Shown here: positions 38,677-49,448 of the stretch, in pieces | Position numbering within the stretch: position 1 is the first letter of the stretch | Layout: every line of letters starts with the position of its first letter | NCBI GenBank assembly: GCA_044223005.1 | Contig: JBGAML010000011.1 | Span: 41,169-105,168, forward strand | DNA length: 64,000 bases | From: Candidatus Eiseniibacteriota bacterium | GTDB lineage: Bacteria > Eisenbacteria > RBG-16-71-46 | Direction: 5' to 3' | Program-made: the position numbers and the translations under genes | The notes under the pieces: generated by a model | What the model was told of the DNA's origin: nothing | Seen by the model: only the letters and a program-made list of their open reading frames with translations | Database searches by the model: none

Positions 38677-40042
38677 CGAGCGCTCGCTGCGCTTCAGCAT
38701 CGGCGAGTGGGCCCGCGACATGGGCTACCAGCCGATCGAGGCGCCGGGCGGACGCGAGGCGCTCGAGGCGGTGCGTGATCACGGGGCGTCGGCGGTGCTG
38801 CTGGACCTGCGGCTCGGTGACGAGGACGGCCTGCGGATCCTGAAGCAGATCCGCGAACTCGATGCCGGCATTCCCGTCGTCATGCTGACCGGGCACGGCA
38901 CCGTCGAGCATGCCGTGCGCGCGATCAAGATGGGCGCCTACGACTTCATGCTGAAGCCGCCGGACCTGGACCACCTCGGGGTGGTGCTGGAGCGGGCGCT
39001 CGAGCACGCGCGGCTGCGGCGCGAAGTCGACCACCTGCGCGCGACCGCACCGAGCGCGCAGCCGATCCTCGGCCAGAGCGAGACGCTGCAGAAGGCGCTC
39101 CAGCGCCTCGAGCGCGCCGCCCGCGGCGGCACGGCGACGGTGCTGCTGCGCGGCGAGACGGGCTCGGGCAAGGAGCTCATGGCGCGCTTCCTCCACGAGA
39201 AGAGCCCGCGCGCCGCGGGGCCATTCATCGAGCTCAACTGCTCGGCGATCCCCGAGCAGCTGCTCGAGAGCGAGCTCTACGGCCACGAGCGCGGCGCGTT
39301 CACGGACGCGAAGCGCTTCAAGAAGGGCCTCTTCGAACTCGCCGACAACGGCACGCTGTTCCTCGACGAGATCGGGGAGATGGCGCCGCAGCTGCAGGCC
39401 AAGCTCCTGCGCGTGCTCGAAACGCGGACGTTCCGCCGCGTCGGCGGCCACGCCGACATCACGGTGGACGTGCGCGTGGTCGCGGCCACGCACCGCGACC
39501 TTTCCAAGATGGTCGCCGAGGGCCGCTTCCGCGAGGACCTCTACTTCCGCCTCAACGTGGTCCCGGTCGAGGTGCCACCCCTGCGCGAGCGCGCGGGCGA
39601 CGTGGCCGTCCTCGCCGAGCACTTCGTACAGCGCTTCTGCCGCGAGCTGGGCCGCAAACCGGCGGCGCTGGCACCGGCGGCGCTCGTGCTGCTGCAGGGC
39701 TACGCGTGGCCGGGCAACGTGCGCGAGCTCAAGAACGTGATCGAGCGCGTCGTGCTGCTCGAGGCCGAGGACGACATCCTGCCCGAGCACCTGCCGCACG
39801 AGATCACGCACGGCGGAGGCGGGGCACCGGGCGCGAGCCCGGGCGCGTCGCCGTTCCCGGCCGGGCACGTGCGGCCGATGGCCGAGATCGAGAAGCTGGC
39901 GATCGAGCACGCGCTGCAGGTATGCGACGGCAACAAGACGCGCGCGGCGACGCTCCTGGGCATTTCCCGGCAGACCCTGCGGACGAAGCTCAAGGACTTC
40001 GCCCTCGGTGACGATGGAGAGGACGGGCCCGAGGGAGCCTGA
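38615..40042 (+). CDS. sigma54-dependent response regulator (REC-AAA+-Fis HTH)
   Basis: LIVDDE, GETGSGKE, ESELYGHERGAFTDA, LFLDEIGE, FREDLYFRL, WPGNVREL, GNKTRAA.LLGISRQTL. Confidence 0.95.
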   Translation: MAKGDSTTRTQGAQTLLIVDDERSLRFSIGEWARDMGYQPIEAPGGREALEAVRDHGASAVLLDLRLGDEDGLRILKQIRELDAGIPVVMLTGHGTVEHAVRAIKMGAYDFMLKPPDLDHLGVVLERALEHARLRREVDHLRATAPSAQPILGQSETLQKALQRLERAARGGTATVLLRGETGSGKELMARFLHEKSPRAAGPFIELNCSAIPEQLLESELYGHERGAFTDAKRFKKGLFELADNGTLFLDEIGEMAPQLQAKLLRVLETRTFRRVGGHADITVDVRVVAATHRDLSKMVAEGRFREDLYFRLNVVPVEVPPLRERAGDVAVLAEHFVQRFCRELGRKPAALAPAALVLLQGYAWPGNVRELKNVIERVVLLEAEDDILPEHLPHEITHGGGGAPGASPGASPFPAGHVRPMAEIEKLAIEHALQVCDGNKTRAATLLGISRQTLRTKLKDFALGDDGEDGPEGA

Positions 40043-40340
40043 AAACCCTCCCGGACCCGGCCTCGATCGCCCGGTCCGGGCGACCAAGAAGCAATCGCGC
40101 ACCGCCCGCGGGTGGTGCGAGGTTGGGCGGCCGGCTCCTTCCGGGAGCCGGCCGTCCGCGTTTCCGGGCGGGCTCATTCGGCACGCCCGCGGCTCGCAAA
40201 TCGCACGATCGCGGCCAATCCCATTGCTGCGAACTCGCGATTCTCGAACGGCTTGAGCGCCTCGCGGCCGGCCCGCTCCGGCCTGCGCCGCCTCGCCCTG
40301 TGCGCCCCTGCGTGGCCTTTCGCCACGCCGGCCGGCCCGG

Positions 40341-40356
40341 TGGCACACGGACTGCA
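40341..40356 (+). promoter_or_regulatory. sigma54 (-24/-12) promoter
   Basis: TGGCACACGGACTGCA gives GG-N10-GC, 50 bp before the REC gene, in a 360-bp intergenic region right after the activator gene. Confidence 0.8.
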
Positions 40357-40406
40357 GAACGCCTTGCCGTCCCCCGGAACCACCCATCGCACCGGAGCCC
40401 CCGCAC

Positions 40407-40802
40407 ATGTCGCACATCCTGCTCGTGGAAGACGAACCGACGACCTCGTGGGCGCTCGCCGAGGGTCTTGCGGACGATGGCTACACCATCGACACGTTCC
40501 GCTCGGCCGAGGAAGCGCTCGCGTGGCTGCGGCAGAACACGTGCGACCTGGTGATCACGGACCTGCGGCTTCCCGGCATGAGCGGTCTCGAGTTCGCGCG
40601 CAAGCTGCGCCGCGGCCGCCGTTCGCTGCCGGTCGTCGTCGTCTCCGCGTACGGCACCGATGCGACCGAGCGCCAGCTGCGCCAGGCCGGGGTGGTGGAC
40701 CTCTTCACGAAGCCGTTCCACGTGGATGCGCTGCGTCGCGCGGTTCGCCGCGCGCTGGTCGAGGAGACCGCGCCGCGCTCCAACGCCCGGAGAGCTGCCT
40801 GA
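40407..40802 (+). CDS. Single-domain response regulator (REC)
   Basis: ILLVEDE, DLVITDLRLPGMSG, VVSAYG, TKPF. Confidence 0.92.
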   Translation: MSHILLVEDEPTTSWALAEGLADDGYTIDTFRSAEEALAWLRQNTCDLVITDLRLPGMSGLEFARKLRRGRRSLPVVVVSAYGTDATERQLRQAGVVDLFTKPFHVDALRRAVRRALVEETAPRSNARRAA

Positions 40803-41050
40803 TGCGACGCCTGCCGAACGAAATCGACCGCCTGCCCGCCGATCTCCGCATCGCCGCCGAGATCGAAGCCCTCGAGCCCCAGGTCCGCCAGGTCCTCACG
40901 CTCCGGCTGCTCGAGAAGCTCTCGCCCGTCGAGACCGCCGGCGCGCTGCGCATGACCGTCCGCCAGGTGGAGCGCACGCTGAACGCCGCGCTCGACCGCA
41001 TCTCGACCCACGTCGCCCAGGGCCGCCGCCCGCTGCGGAGGGCCGCGTGA
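40802..41050 (+). CDS. Stand-alone sigma70 region 4-like HTH protein (82 aa)
   Basis: IEALEPQVRQVLTLRLLEKLSPVETAGALRMTVRQVERTLNAALDRI follows the sigma4 pattern; TGATG coupling to the upstream gene. Confidence 0.7.
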   Translation: MRRLPNEIDRLPADLRIAAEIEALEPQVRQVLTLRLLEKLSPVETAGALRMTVRQVERTLNAALDRISTHVAQGRRPLRRAA

Positions 41051-41277
41051 GCCTGAACGCCCCGATGACCGCGAGCGCGGATCGCGCCCGCACGCTGCCG
41101 GCCTCGCCGGCCGCGCGCCTCGACGCCGCCTCGCGCGCCGTGTCGTCGCTCCGCGAGGAGCAGCGCCGGCTCGAGCGGCTCGGCCTCGAGCTGCCGCTCG
41201 CGCGCTGCCACGAGCAGCTCCGGTTCTGGAACTTCGTGCACGCCGTCTGCTCGCTGGCGCCGGAGGTGCGCGCGTGA
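41047..41277 (+). CDS. Small helical hypothetical protein
   Basis: GTGA overlaps at both ends; LREEQRRLERLGLELPLARCHEQLRFWNFV. Confidence 0.65.
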   Translation: MSLNAPMTASADRARTLPASPAARLDAASRAVSSLREEQRRLERLGLELPLARCHEQLRFWNFVHAVCSLAPEVRA

Positions 41278-42167
41278 GCCGCGACCGCCGCCCGAACGTG
41301 CGCATCGTGCCCACGCCCCCCGTGCCGGCGCCCGCCGTGAGCGAGCACCCGGCGCAGTGGAGCCGCCCGCGCATGCACACGATCGTCGTCACCAGCGGCA
41401 AGGGCGGCGTCGGCAAGAGCAACCTCGCGGCGAACCTCGCGATCGCGCTCGGCGAGCGCGGTGCCCGCGTGCTGCTGCTGGACGGCGACCTCGCCCAGGC
41501 GAACCTCGACCTGCTGCTCGGCCTGCACCCGCGCTTCGACCTGCAGCACGTCCTCGACGGCCAGAAGACGCTCGACGAGATCGTCGTCAACGGCCCCGAG
41601 AACGTGCGGCTCGTCCCGGCCGCCTCGGGCGTGCCCGAGCTGGCCGACCTCGACGACTTTCGCCGCGAGCGGCTCGTGCGCTCGCTCGGCACGATCGACG
41701 CCGGCGCGGACGTGCTCCTGATCGACACCGCGACGGGCGTGTCGCGCCAGACGACCGAGTTCTGCCGCATCGCGAACGAAGTGCTGGTCGTGACGACGCC
41801 GGAGATGCCCGCGTTCTCGGACGCGTACTCGCTCGTCAAGCTGCTGCAGAAGCAGGGCGGGCTGGCGCGCGCACCGCGCCTCGTCGTGAACATGGCGACG
41901 GGGGCGGAGGACGCCGAGGACACCGCGCACCGCATCCGCCTCGTCGCGCGCCGCTTCCTGCAGATCGAGCTCGAGTGCCTGGGCGTGGTGCCGTTCGACC
42001 CGCACGTGCCCCGCGCGGTCCGGCTGCAGGAGCCGGTCCTCACCGCTTTCCCGAAGTCCCCGGCCGCGGCGGCCTATCGCGCCCTGGCCAGCCTGCTGTG
42101 GAAACCGCTGCCGTCCGCCCCGACGTCCGACGAGTCGCCGCTCCCCGCCCAGCGCCTCGAAGCCTAG
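41274..42167 (+). CDS. flhG: FlhG/FleN-type MinD-family ATPase
   Basis: TSGKGGVGKS, DGDLAQANLDLLLG, PAASGV.EL, LIDTATG, VTTPE..AFSDAY.LVK; directly upstream of fliA. Confidence 0.85.
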   Translation: MSRDRRPNVRIVPTPPVPAPAVSEHPAQWSRPRMHTIVVTSGKGGVGKSNLAANLAIALGERGARVLLLDGDLAQANLDLLLGLHPRFDLQHVLDGQKTLDEIVVNGPENVRLVPAASGVPELADLDDFRRERLVRSLGTIDAGADVLLIDTATGVSRQTTEFCRIANEVLVVTTPEMPAFSDAYSLVKLLQKQGGLARAPRLVVNMATGAEDAEDTAHRIRLVARRFLQIELECLGVVPFDPHVPRAVRLQEPVLTAFPKSPAAAAYRALASLLWKPLPSAPTSDESPLPAQRLEA

Positions 42168-42178
42168 GAGGTCTCCCC

Positions 42179-43048
42179 ATGCCCCGCGCCGCCACCCTGA
42201 CCGCTTCGAAGTCCTCGAAGTCCACGACTGCCGCTCGCCGGCCGGCCCTCAAGGTCGTCCCGGGCCGTCGTGCCGCCACCCGTGCGGCCGCGCCGGCCGC
42301 CGCGCCCGCGCCTGCGCCGGTCACGTACAACAAGAACGACCTGCTCAAGCGCTTCGCGCCGCTCGTGCGGCACGTGGTGGAGCGGGTCGCGGCGACGCTG
42401 CCGCGCAACGTGGACCACGAGGACCTCTACTCGGCGGGCGTTCTGGGCCTGCTCGACGCGCATGCGAAGTTCGACACGCGCAAGGGCGTCAAGTTCGAGA
42501 CCTACGCGGTGTGGCGCATCAAGGGTGCGGTGCTCGACCAGCTGCGCGCGCTCGACTGGGCGTCGCGCTCCATGCGGCGCAAGGCGCGCAACCTCGACGG
42601 CGTGACGCGCAAGCTCGACCAGAAGCTCGGCCGCGCGGCGTCGGAAGAGGAAGTGGCGCGCGAGCTGAAGATGTCGCGCAACGACTTCTACCGGCTGCTC
42701 GACCACGTCCGCGGCGCCGTGCTCGTCTCGCTCGACGAGGCGCGCTCGAACGACGGCGAGGACCAGGGCACGCTGGCCGACCACCTCGCCGATCCCAACG
42801 CGCCGGACCTCGAGGAGCGGCTCGCCGAGGACCAGCAGCGGCTGGTGCTGCTGCAGACGATCGACCTGCTCCCCGAGCAGGAGCGGCTGGTGGTGGCGCT
42901 CTACTACTACGAGCACCTGACGCTCAAGGAGATCGGCCGCACGCTGGGCATCTCCGAGTCGCGGGTGTCGCAGGTCCACACGCGGGCGATGACCCGCCTC
43001 AAGCTGCGGGTCGCGAAGGCGATGCACCAGCACGAAGAGGCCGCATGA
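42179..43048 (+). CDS. fliA: FliA/WhiG-family sigma28 factor
   Basis: PLVRHVVER...LPRNVDHEDLYSAGVLGL, KFETYA.WRIKGAVLDQLRALDW, YYYEHLTLKEIG.TLGISESRVSQVH; RBS GGAGG. Confidence 0.93.
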   Translation: MPRAATLTASKSSKSTTAARRPALKVVPGRRAATRAAAPAAAPAPAPVTYNKNDLLKRFAPLVRHVVERVAATLPRNVDHEDLYSAGVLGLLDAHAKFDTRKGVKFETYAVWRIKGAVLDQLRALDWASRSMRRKARNLDGVTRKLDQKLGRAASEEEVARELKMSRNDFYRLLDHVRGAVLVSLDEARSNDGEDQGTLADHLADPNAPDLEERLAEDQQRLVLLQTIDLLPEQERLVVALYYYEHLTLKEIGRTLGISESRVSQVHTRAMTRLKLRVAKAMHQHEEAA

Positions 43049-43437
43049 CGCCTCCACTCATGGCCGGGCCGCCGACGCCCTGGGACGTCCTGCACCAGCG
43101 GCTGCGGCGGGAGGTCGAGGCCGTGCGGGAGCGCGGCGACGAGCCGCAGGCCGCGGCGCTCGCGACGATCCTCGACGACTGGTGGCCGGAACAGCAGGCG
43201 TGGTGCGAGCGGGCGTGCGACGTGCTCGGCGTGCATCACGAGATCAACAACGCACTGGTGGGCATCCGGGGCAACGCGCAGTTGCTCCTCCGCAACCCCG
43301 CGGCATTGCCGGCGGGAATCCGTGAACGACTGGAGGTCGTCCTCCGTGAATCGGGCCGAATCCAAGAAGCGACCAGCCGCCTCCGCGAGCTCAAGACGGG
43401 CCTCGGTGGCCCCGCTTCCGGCGTCCGCGCGGCCTGA
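43045..43437 (+). CDS. Stand-alone HisKA/DHp protein without ATPase domain
   Basis: H-box HHEINNALVGIRGNAQLL followed by a second helix, then stop; ATGA overlap with fliA. Confidence 0.7.
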   Translation: MTPPLMAGPPTPWDVLHQRLRREVEAVRERGDEPQAAALATILDDWWPEQQAWCERACDVLGVHHEINNALVGIRGNAQLLLRNPAALPAGIRERLEVVLRESGRIQEATSRLRELKTGLGGPASGVRAA

Positions 43438-44401
43438 GCGCCGCGAGGCTCCGGAACACGGCGGGCCGCGCGAGCGCAAGCGCGACGCGCGCGGCACGAT
43501 CGAGATCCCGCGCGGTCACGACCGCCGGGCGGCGTCGGGCTGCCTGTGGGACGCCTGCGAGGCGCTGCTGGCGTCGCTGGCGGAGCCCGAGGCGCTGCCG
43601 CGGGCGCTGGACAAGCTGCTCGACGCGTTCGAGTGCGACGGAGTCGCGCTGCACGCGGTCGGGCCGCAGGGCGTGCTCGAACCGTGGTGTGCGCGCGGGG
43701 ACTGGGAGACGGCGCCCGGCGACCTGCGCGAGTGCATCGGCCTGCCGCTCTTCCGTGGGCGCGAGCGCGTCGGGGCGCTCGACCTGCGCGGGCGCAAGGG
43801 CCAGCGCTGGCGGCCGGAGCAGCAGTCGCTCGTGCGCACGGCGTCCGGGGCGCTCGGCGCCGCACTGGGTGCGCGGCTCGAGCTCGAACGGCTGCGGCGC
43901 GCGCCGGGCCGCGACGCGGTCACGGGCCTGCCGGACGCGAAGGCGTTCCACGCACGGCTGCTCGAGGAGTTCGGGCGCGCGCAGCGCAGCGGCCTGCCGC
44001 TCGCGGTCGTGACGCTCGACCTCGATCACTTCGCGGCGCTGAACCAGAAGTACGACCGCGCGACGGGAGACCAGGTCCTCGCCGAGTGCGCGCTCGTGCT
44101 CAAGGTGACGCTGCGCGAGGGCGACTACCTGGCGCGGCTCACGGGCAACGAGTTCGGGATCGTGCTGCCCGACTGCGACCTCGCGCCGGCCCGCCGGCTC
44201 GCGGAGCGGCTGCGGCACGCGGTCGAGGAGCACCGTTTCGCGCGCGCCGGCAAGCTGAGCTGCTCGGCCGGCGTGGCGTCGTCCCCCCGGGACGGCATGG
44301 ATGCGACGGAGTTGCTGGCGGCCGCCGAGCAGGCGCTCGGCGTGGCCAAGAAGGCGGGGCGCCACCGGACGGCGGCGAGCGGTCCCTCGCACACCCACTG
44401 A
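43346..44401 (+). CDS. GAF-like plus degenerate GGDEF-domain protein (start uncertain)
   Basis: DAVTGL, DLDHF..LN, GDQVL, REGD I-site, ARLTGNEF, SAGVA, AKKAGR. The only nearby starts are GTGs at 43322 and 43346 overlapping the upstream gene. Confidence 0.8.
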   Translation: MNRAESKKRPAASASSRRASVAPLPASARPERREAPEHGGPRERKRDARGTIEIPRGHDRRAASGCLWDACEALLASLAEPEALPRALDKLLDAFECDGVALHAVGPQGVLEPWCARGDWETAPGDLRECIGLPLFRGRERVGALDLRGRKGQRWRPEQQSLVRTASGALGAALGARLELERLRRAPGRDAVTGLPDAKAFHARLLEEFGRAQRSGLPLAVVTLDLDHFAALNQKYDRATGDQVLAECALVLKVTLREGDYLARLTGNEFGIVLPDCDLAPARRLAERLRHAVEEHRFARAGKLSCSAGVASSPRDGMDATELLAAAEQALGVAKKAGRHRTAASGPSHTH

Positions 44402-44430
44402 GACGATCTCGCGCGGAAGGCGACGCGAAC

Positions 44431-46191
<1,761 letters not shown>

Positions 46192-46298
46192 CACGCGCCG
46201 AGCACGCGACGCGCATCCGTCGCGCGGTCCCGGCGAACGCCGCGGGACCGCGCGACCTCGTTTCGCCCCGGCGGTCGCTCGTCGCTCGCGCTGCGTCC

Positions 46299-46327
46299 TT
46301 GACCCCCGCGCGCGGCACGCGTAGGTT
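46299..46327 (+). promoter_or_regulatory. sigma70-type promoter
   Basis: TTGACC-N17-TAGGTT. Confidence 0.55.
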
Positions 46328-46382
46328 GCGTCGGGCGTCGCACGAGGCGACGCCGAACAGGCCCGCACCCATCACCCCTCCG

Positions 46383-48149
46383 ATGAGCGCCAGGGACGAC
46401 GCCAGCAGCCTCGAAGCACGATCGCGCGGTCGCCGCGCGTTGACGCTCGCACTCGCCACGCTGGCGGGTGCCGCCGTCGGTGTCGTCGTCGCGCTGCTCG
46501 GAACCCCGGCCGACCGTCCGTTCTTCGAGACCGTCGTCGCCTGGTCGGGCCCCGCGCCCGTCGCCCGCGAGTGGCCGCGCGAGCCGCGCGCCGGCGAATC
46601 CGCGACGCTGCACCCGCGCGCATCGGGTCGCGATCTCGTGCTCCGCACGCCCCGGGCGCCCGAAGCGCGCGAACTGGCGGCCGCGCTGCTCGCGCGCCGC
46701 AACGGCGCGATGGCCGAACTGCTCGACGCCCGCAGCGGCCTGCTGCACGCGTGGCAGGCCGGCGACGTCGCGGGCCCGCGCCTCGAGCGCAGCCCCGCCG
46801 TGCGCACCGCGTCGCTGCTGCTGGCCGCCGCGCGCCAGCGCCGCGGCCAGGCGCTCGCCGCGCCGTCGCGCTGGCGGCCGGCCGACGCCCAGGCACCCGA
46901 TGCCGCCGCGCCGCCGTCGATCGCCGAAGCGCTCGCCGATCTCGAGCGCGCCGCGCTCACGGGTGATGCCGCCGCGACGGCCGACGCGCTGGTCGGCGAG
47001 GCGACGGTGGAGGAGGACTGGTTCGCGTCGCCGTCCGCACCGCGTGAGGGGGCGTGGCGTGCGTGGCAGCTCGACGCGGCGGATTCGCTCGACGCGCTGG
47101 CGGCGCTCGCCGTGGGCGGCCGCGCGAACGCGCTCGATTCGGCGAAGGCGGCCGAGCCGTTCGCGACCGCCGAGCTCGCCGGCCGCATGCCGCCGCCCTA
47201 CGACGGCCTGCTGCGCGCGATCGCCCCGGGCCCGGCGCCCGAGGCGAGCGCGATCGCTTCGGCGTGGGGCCGCTGGCTCGGCATGGGCGCGCTGCTGGGC
47301 GGCCTCGTCTCGCTGCTCGCGGCGCTCGCGGGCTTCGCGCTGCGTGCCCCGCGGACGCGTCCCGAGCCGCGCGTGCCCGTCACCGCGCTCTCGCTGCGCG
47401 ATCCGGCGGCGCGTGGCGCGTGGCTGCACGTGGTCGCCGGGCCGACGCCCGCCGCGATCGCGCGTGCGGCGCTCGAGCTGGCCTCGCACGCGCTGGCGCG
47501 CGGCGAGCGCGTGCTCGTGGTCGACGGTGGCCCGAAGCTGCGCCTGCACGAGCGCTTCGGCCGCGAGGCGCGCTGGGGCCTCATGGAGTGCCTGCTCGCG
47601 GACATGCCGATCATCGGCTTGATCCAGTACGGCGGCCGCCCGGGCTTCTACCTGCTGGCCCACGGCAACCCGGCCCGCGGCGAGGGCTGGGCAGCCCTTG
47701 GCCAGCGCCTGGACGACGCCCGCCCGCACTTTGGCCGGGTGATCCTGGCGCTCGATTCCGGCGCCCCCCGGGCGATCGGGGATGCCCTCGCCGGACGGGC
47801 CCTCGAGGGCTGGTGGGCGGCGACGGTCGAGCGGCTGCCCCGGGCCGCGGACGACCTCACGGCGCGGCTCGGTATCGCGTTCTCCAGCTTGGACTTGTCG
47901 GCCGTCGAGGAAGTGTCGCTGCAGGCCCTGGGCGAGCGGGTCGGGGTGCTGATCGAGCACCGTCCGGCCGAGCCCGATGCGCCCGTCGCGATGCTCCCCG
48001 TGGCCCTGCCGGAACCCCTGCCGACGGCGCCCTTGGAGCCGGTCGTTCTGGACTGCGACTTGCAAGTCCAGCAGCGGCTGCGCTTCCTGGCGTGGATGCG
48101 CCGGGTGCAGTCGGAACGCCGTCGCAGCGAGGTCGGCTCGGCCAGCTGA
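46383..48149 (+). CDS. Wzc/PCP-like two-TM protein with degenerate P-loop domain
   Basis: N-terminal TM, helical external region, second TM, then LASHALARGERVLVVDG...GLMECL (BY-kinase/ParA-like) lacking GKS/T. Confidence 0.55.
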   Translation: MSARDDASSLEARSRGRRALTLALATLAGAAVGVVVALLGTPADRPFFETVVAWSGPAPVAREWPREPRAGESATLHPRASGRDLVLRTPRAPEARELAAALLARRNGAMAELLDARSGLLHAWQAGDVAGPRLERSPAVRTASLLLAAARQRRGQALAAPSRWRPADAQAPDAAAPPSIAEALADLERAALTGDAAATADALVGEATVEEDWFASPSAPREGAWRAWQLDAADSLDALAALAVGGRANALDSAKAAEPFATAELAGRMPPPYDGLLRAIAPGPAPEASAIASAWGRWLGMGALLGGLVSLLAALAGFALRAPRTRPEPRVPVTALSLRDPAARGAWLHVVAGPTPAAIARAALELASHALARGERVLVVDGGPKLRLHERFGREARWGLMECLLADMPIIGLIQYGGRPGFYLLAHGNPARGEGWAALGQRLDDARPHFGRVILALDSGAPRAIGDALAGRALEGWWAATVERLPRAADDLTARLGIAFSSLDLSAVEEVSLQALGERVGVLIEHRPAEPDAPVAMLPVALPEPLPTAPLEPVVLDCDLQVQQRLRFLAWMRRVQSERRRSEVGSAS

Positions 48150-48342
48150 GCCGTTCGCGTCGCGACGCCGGAAGGGACCCGCTCCACGGAACGGAGCGCG
48201 TCGCGTCGCACGTGGTTCTCGCGCGAGTCGCGCGTTCCCGCCCTGCCTCGATCGATCGGCACGGCCGGAGCCCGGGACGTCGCGCGGAGCGGGCCTCGGG
48301 GCCCGGACCGCATGCGGCGTGGCGGCACGACTCGAGGATCGT

Positions 48343-49350
48343 TTGCACGCACCCACGCGCGTCCTGCTCGTGGAGCACCTGGACGCCATCGGCGCCGCAC
48401 CCGCGGACGCCCGCCTGCGCACGCACGCGTTGCGCGCGGCCGGCTACGCCGTCGAAGGTCTCGTCGTCGGCAGCGAGCGCGCCGACGACCTGCTCTTCCC
48501 GCTGCAGGAGCGCCGCGTCGGCACGGGCTTCGACGTGCTCGAATCGAGCACCGCGGGACTCGCCCAGTTGCGCTCGCGCGTGAGCGCGAGCCGCGCGGGG
48601 CTCGTGCTGTGGGCGAGCGCGACGCCGGGCGGTGGCGACGCCGCGCGCGTGCTGCCGGGCGACCGGCCGGCGCGCTGGTGGCCGACGGGCTTCGCGCCCG
48701 AGCGCATGCTCGCGGGACCGCTCGCGCCGCTGGATGCGTCGTTCGCGCCGCTCGCGGGTGGCGCGCTGCCCGACGACGACGAGCGCCGCCGGCTCTCGCT
48801 CTGGGACGGGCCCTACGCGCTCGTGGTGGCGCCGCCGGCGGCGGCGACCGCGGCCGCGCTGATCGAAGCGTTCGCCGAGGCGACCACCGATCGCGAGGAG
48901 ACGGACCTCGTCGTGCTGGACCATCCCGCGCCCGCGCTCGAAGCGCTCGCGCGCCGCACGGGCGTCGCGCAGCGCGTGCACTTCGTGGGGCCCGCGCCGC
49001 GCGAGGCCGAATACGCGTGGCTCGGCAGTGCCGCGCTCGCGCTGGTGCCCGGCGACCAGCCGCTCGCGGGCGGGCTGCTGCTGCGCGCGCTGGCCGCGGG
49101 CTGCCCGCTGCTGCCGGTGGGCGAGGCGGCGCGGCCGCTCGGTGCGTGGCTCGCGGCGCAGGGACTCGCGTGGCGCGCGAGCGGCACGAGCGTTTCGGCG
49201 GCGATCGAGGCCGCGCTCGAGCGAGAGGCCGCGGTCGCGGACGCGAGCGCGCGGGGGCGCGAGCTGGCGCGCGCGCACGGCCCGCAGGCCCTCACGGCAC
49301 GGCTGGCCGCGGTGCTCGACGGCGGCGCGGCCGAGCGGCGGGCGGCGTGA
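48343..49350 (+). CDS. Divergent GT-B (GT4-like) protein
   Basis: TTG start after GAGGA; LIEAF, RVHFVG, LLRALAAGCP (the usual EA motif reads RA). Confidence 0.6.
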   Translation: MHAPTRVLLVEHLDAIGAAPADARLRTHALRAAGYAVEGLVVGSERADDLLFPLQERRVGTGFDVLESSTAGLAQLRSRVSASRAGLVLWASATPGGGDAARVLPGDRPARWWPTGFAPERMLAGPLAPLDASFAPLAGGALPDDDERRRLSLWDGPYALVVAPPAAATAAALIEAFAEATTDREETDLVVLDHPAPALEALARRTGVAQRVHFVGPAPREAEYAWLGSAALALVPGDQPLAGGLLLRALAAGCPLLPVGEAARPLGAWLAAQGLAWRASGTSVSAAIEAALEREAAVADASARGRELARAHGPQALTARLAAVLDGGAAERRAA

Positions 49351-49448
49351 TTGCGCTTCCCGCAATGGCCGTCTAGGCTTTTCGTGAACGAGTCTCGGCT
49401 CCCCGCGACGGGGGCCGCGAGTGGACCTGGCGAACGAGGAGGAGCAGC

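Noticed and set aside
39280..39315. GAFTDA instead of GAFTGA in the activator as a sign of inactivity
   Set aside because: The key F and T residues are intact, this variant occurs in other activators, and a good sigma54 promoter lies just downstream.
41047..41277. Possible RsiG-type c-di-GMP anti-sigma
   Set aside because: Lacks the ExxxSxxRxxxQxxxD motif, and the sigma has RHVVER in place of the WhiG KYVAGR segment.
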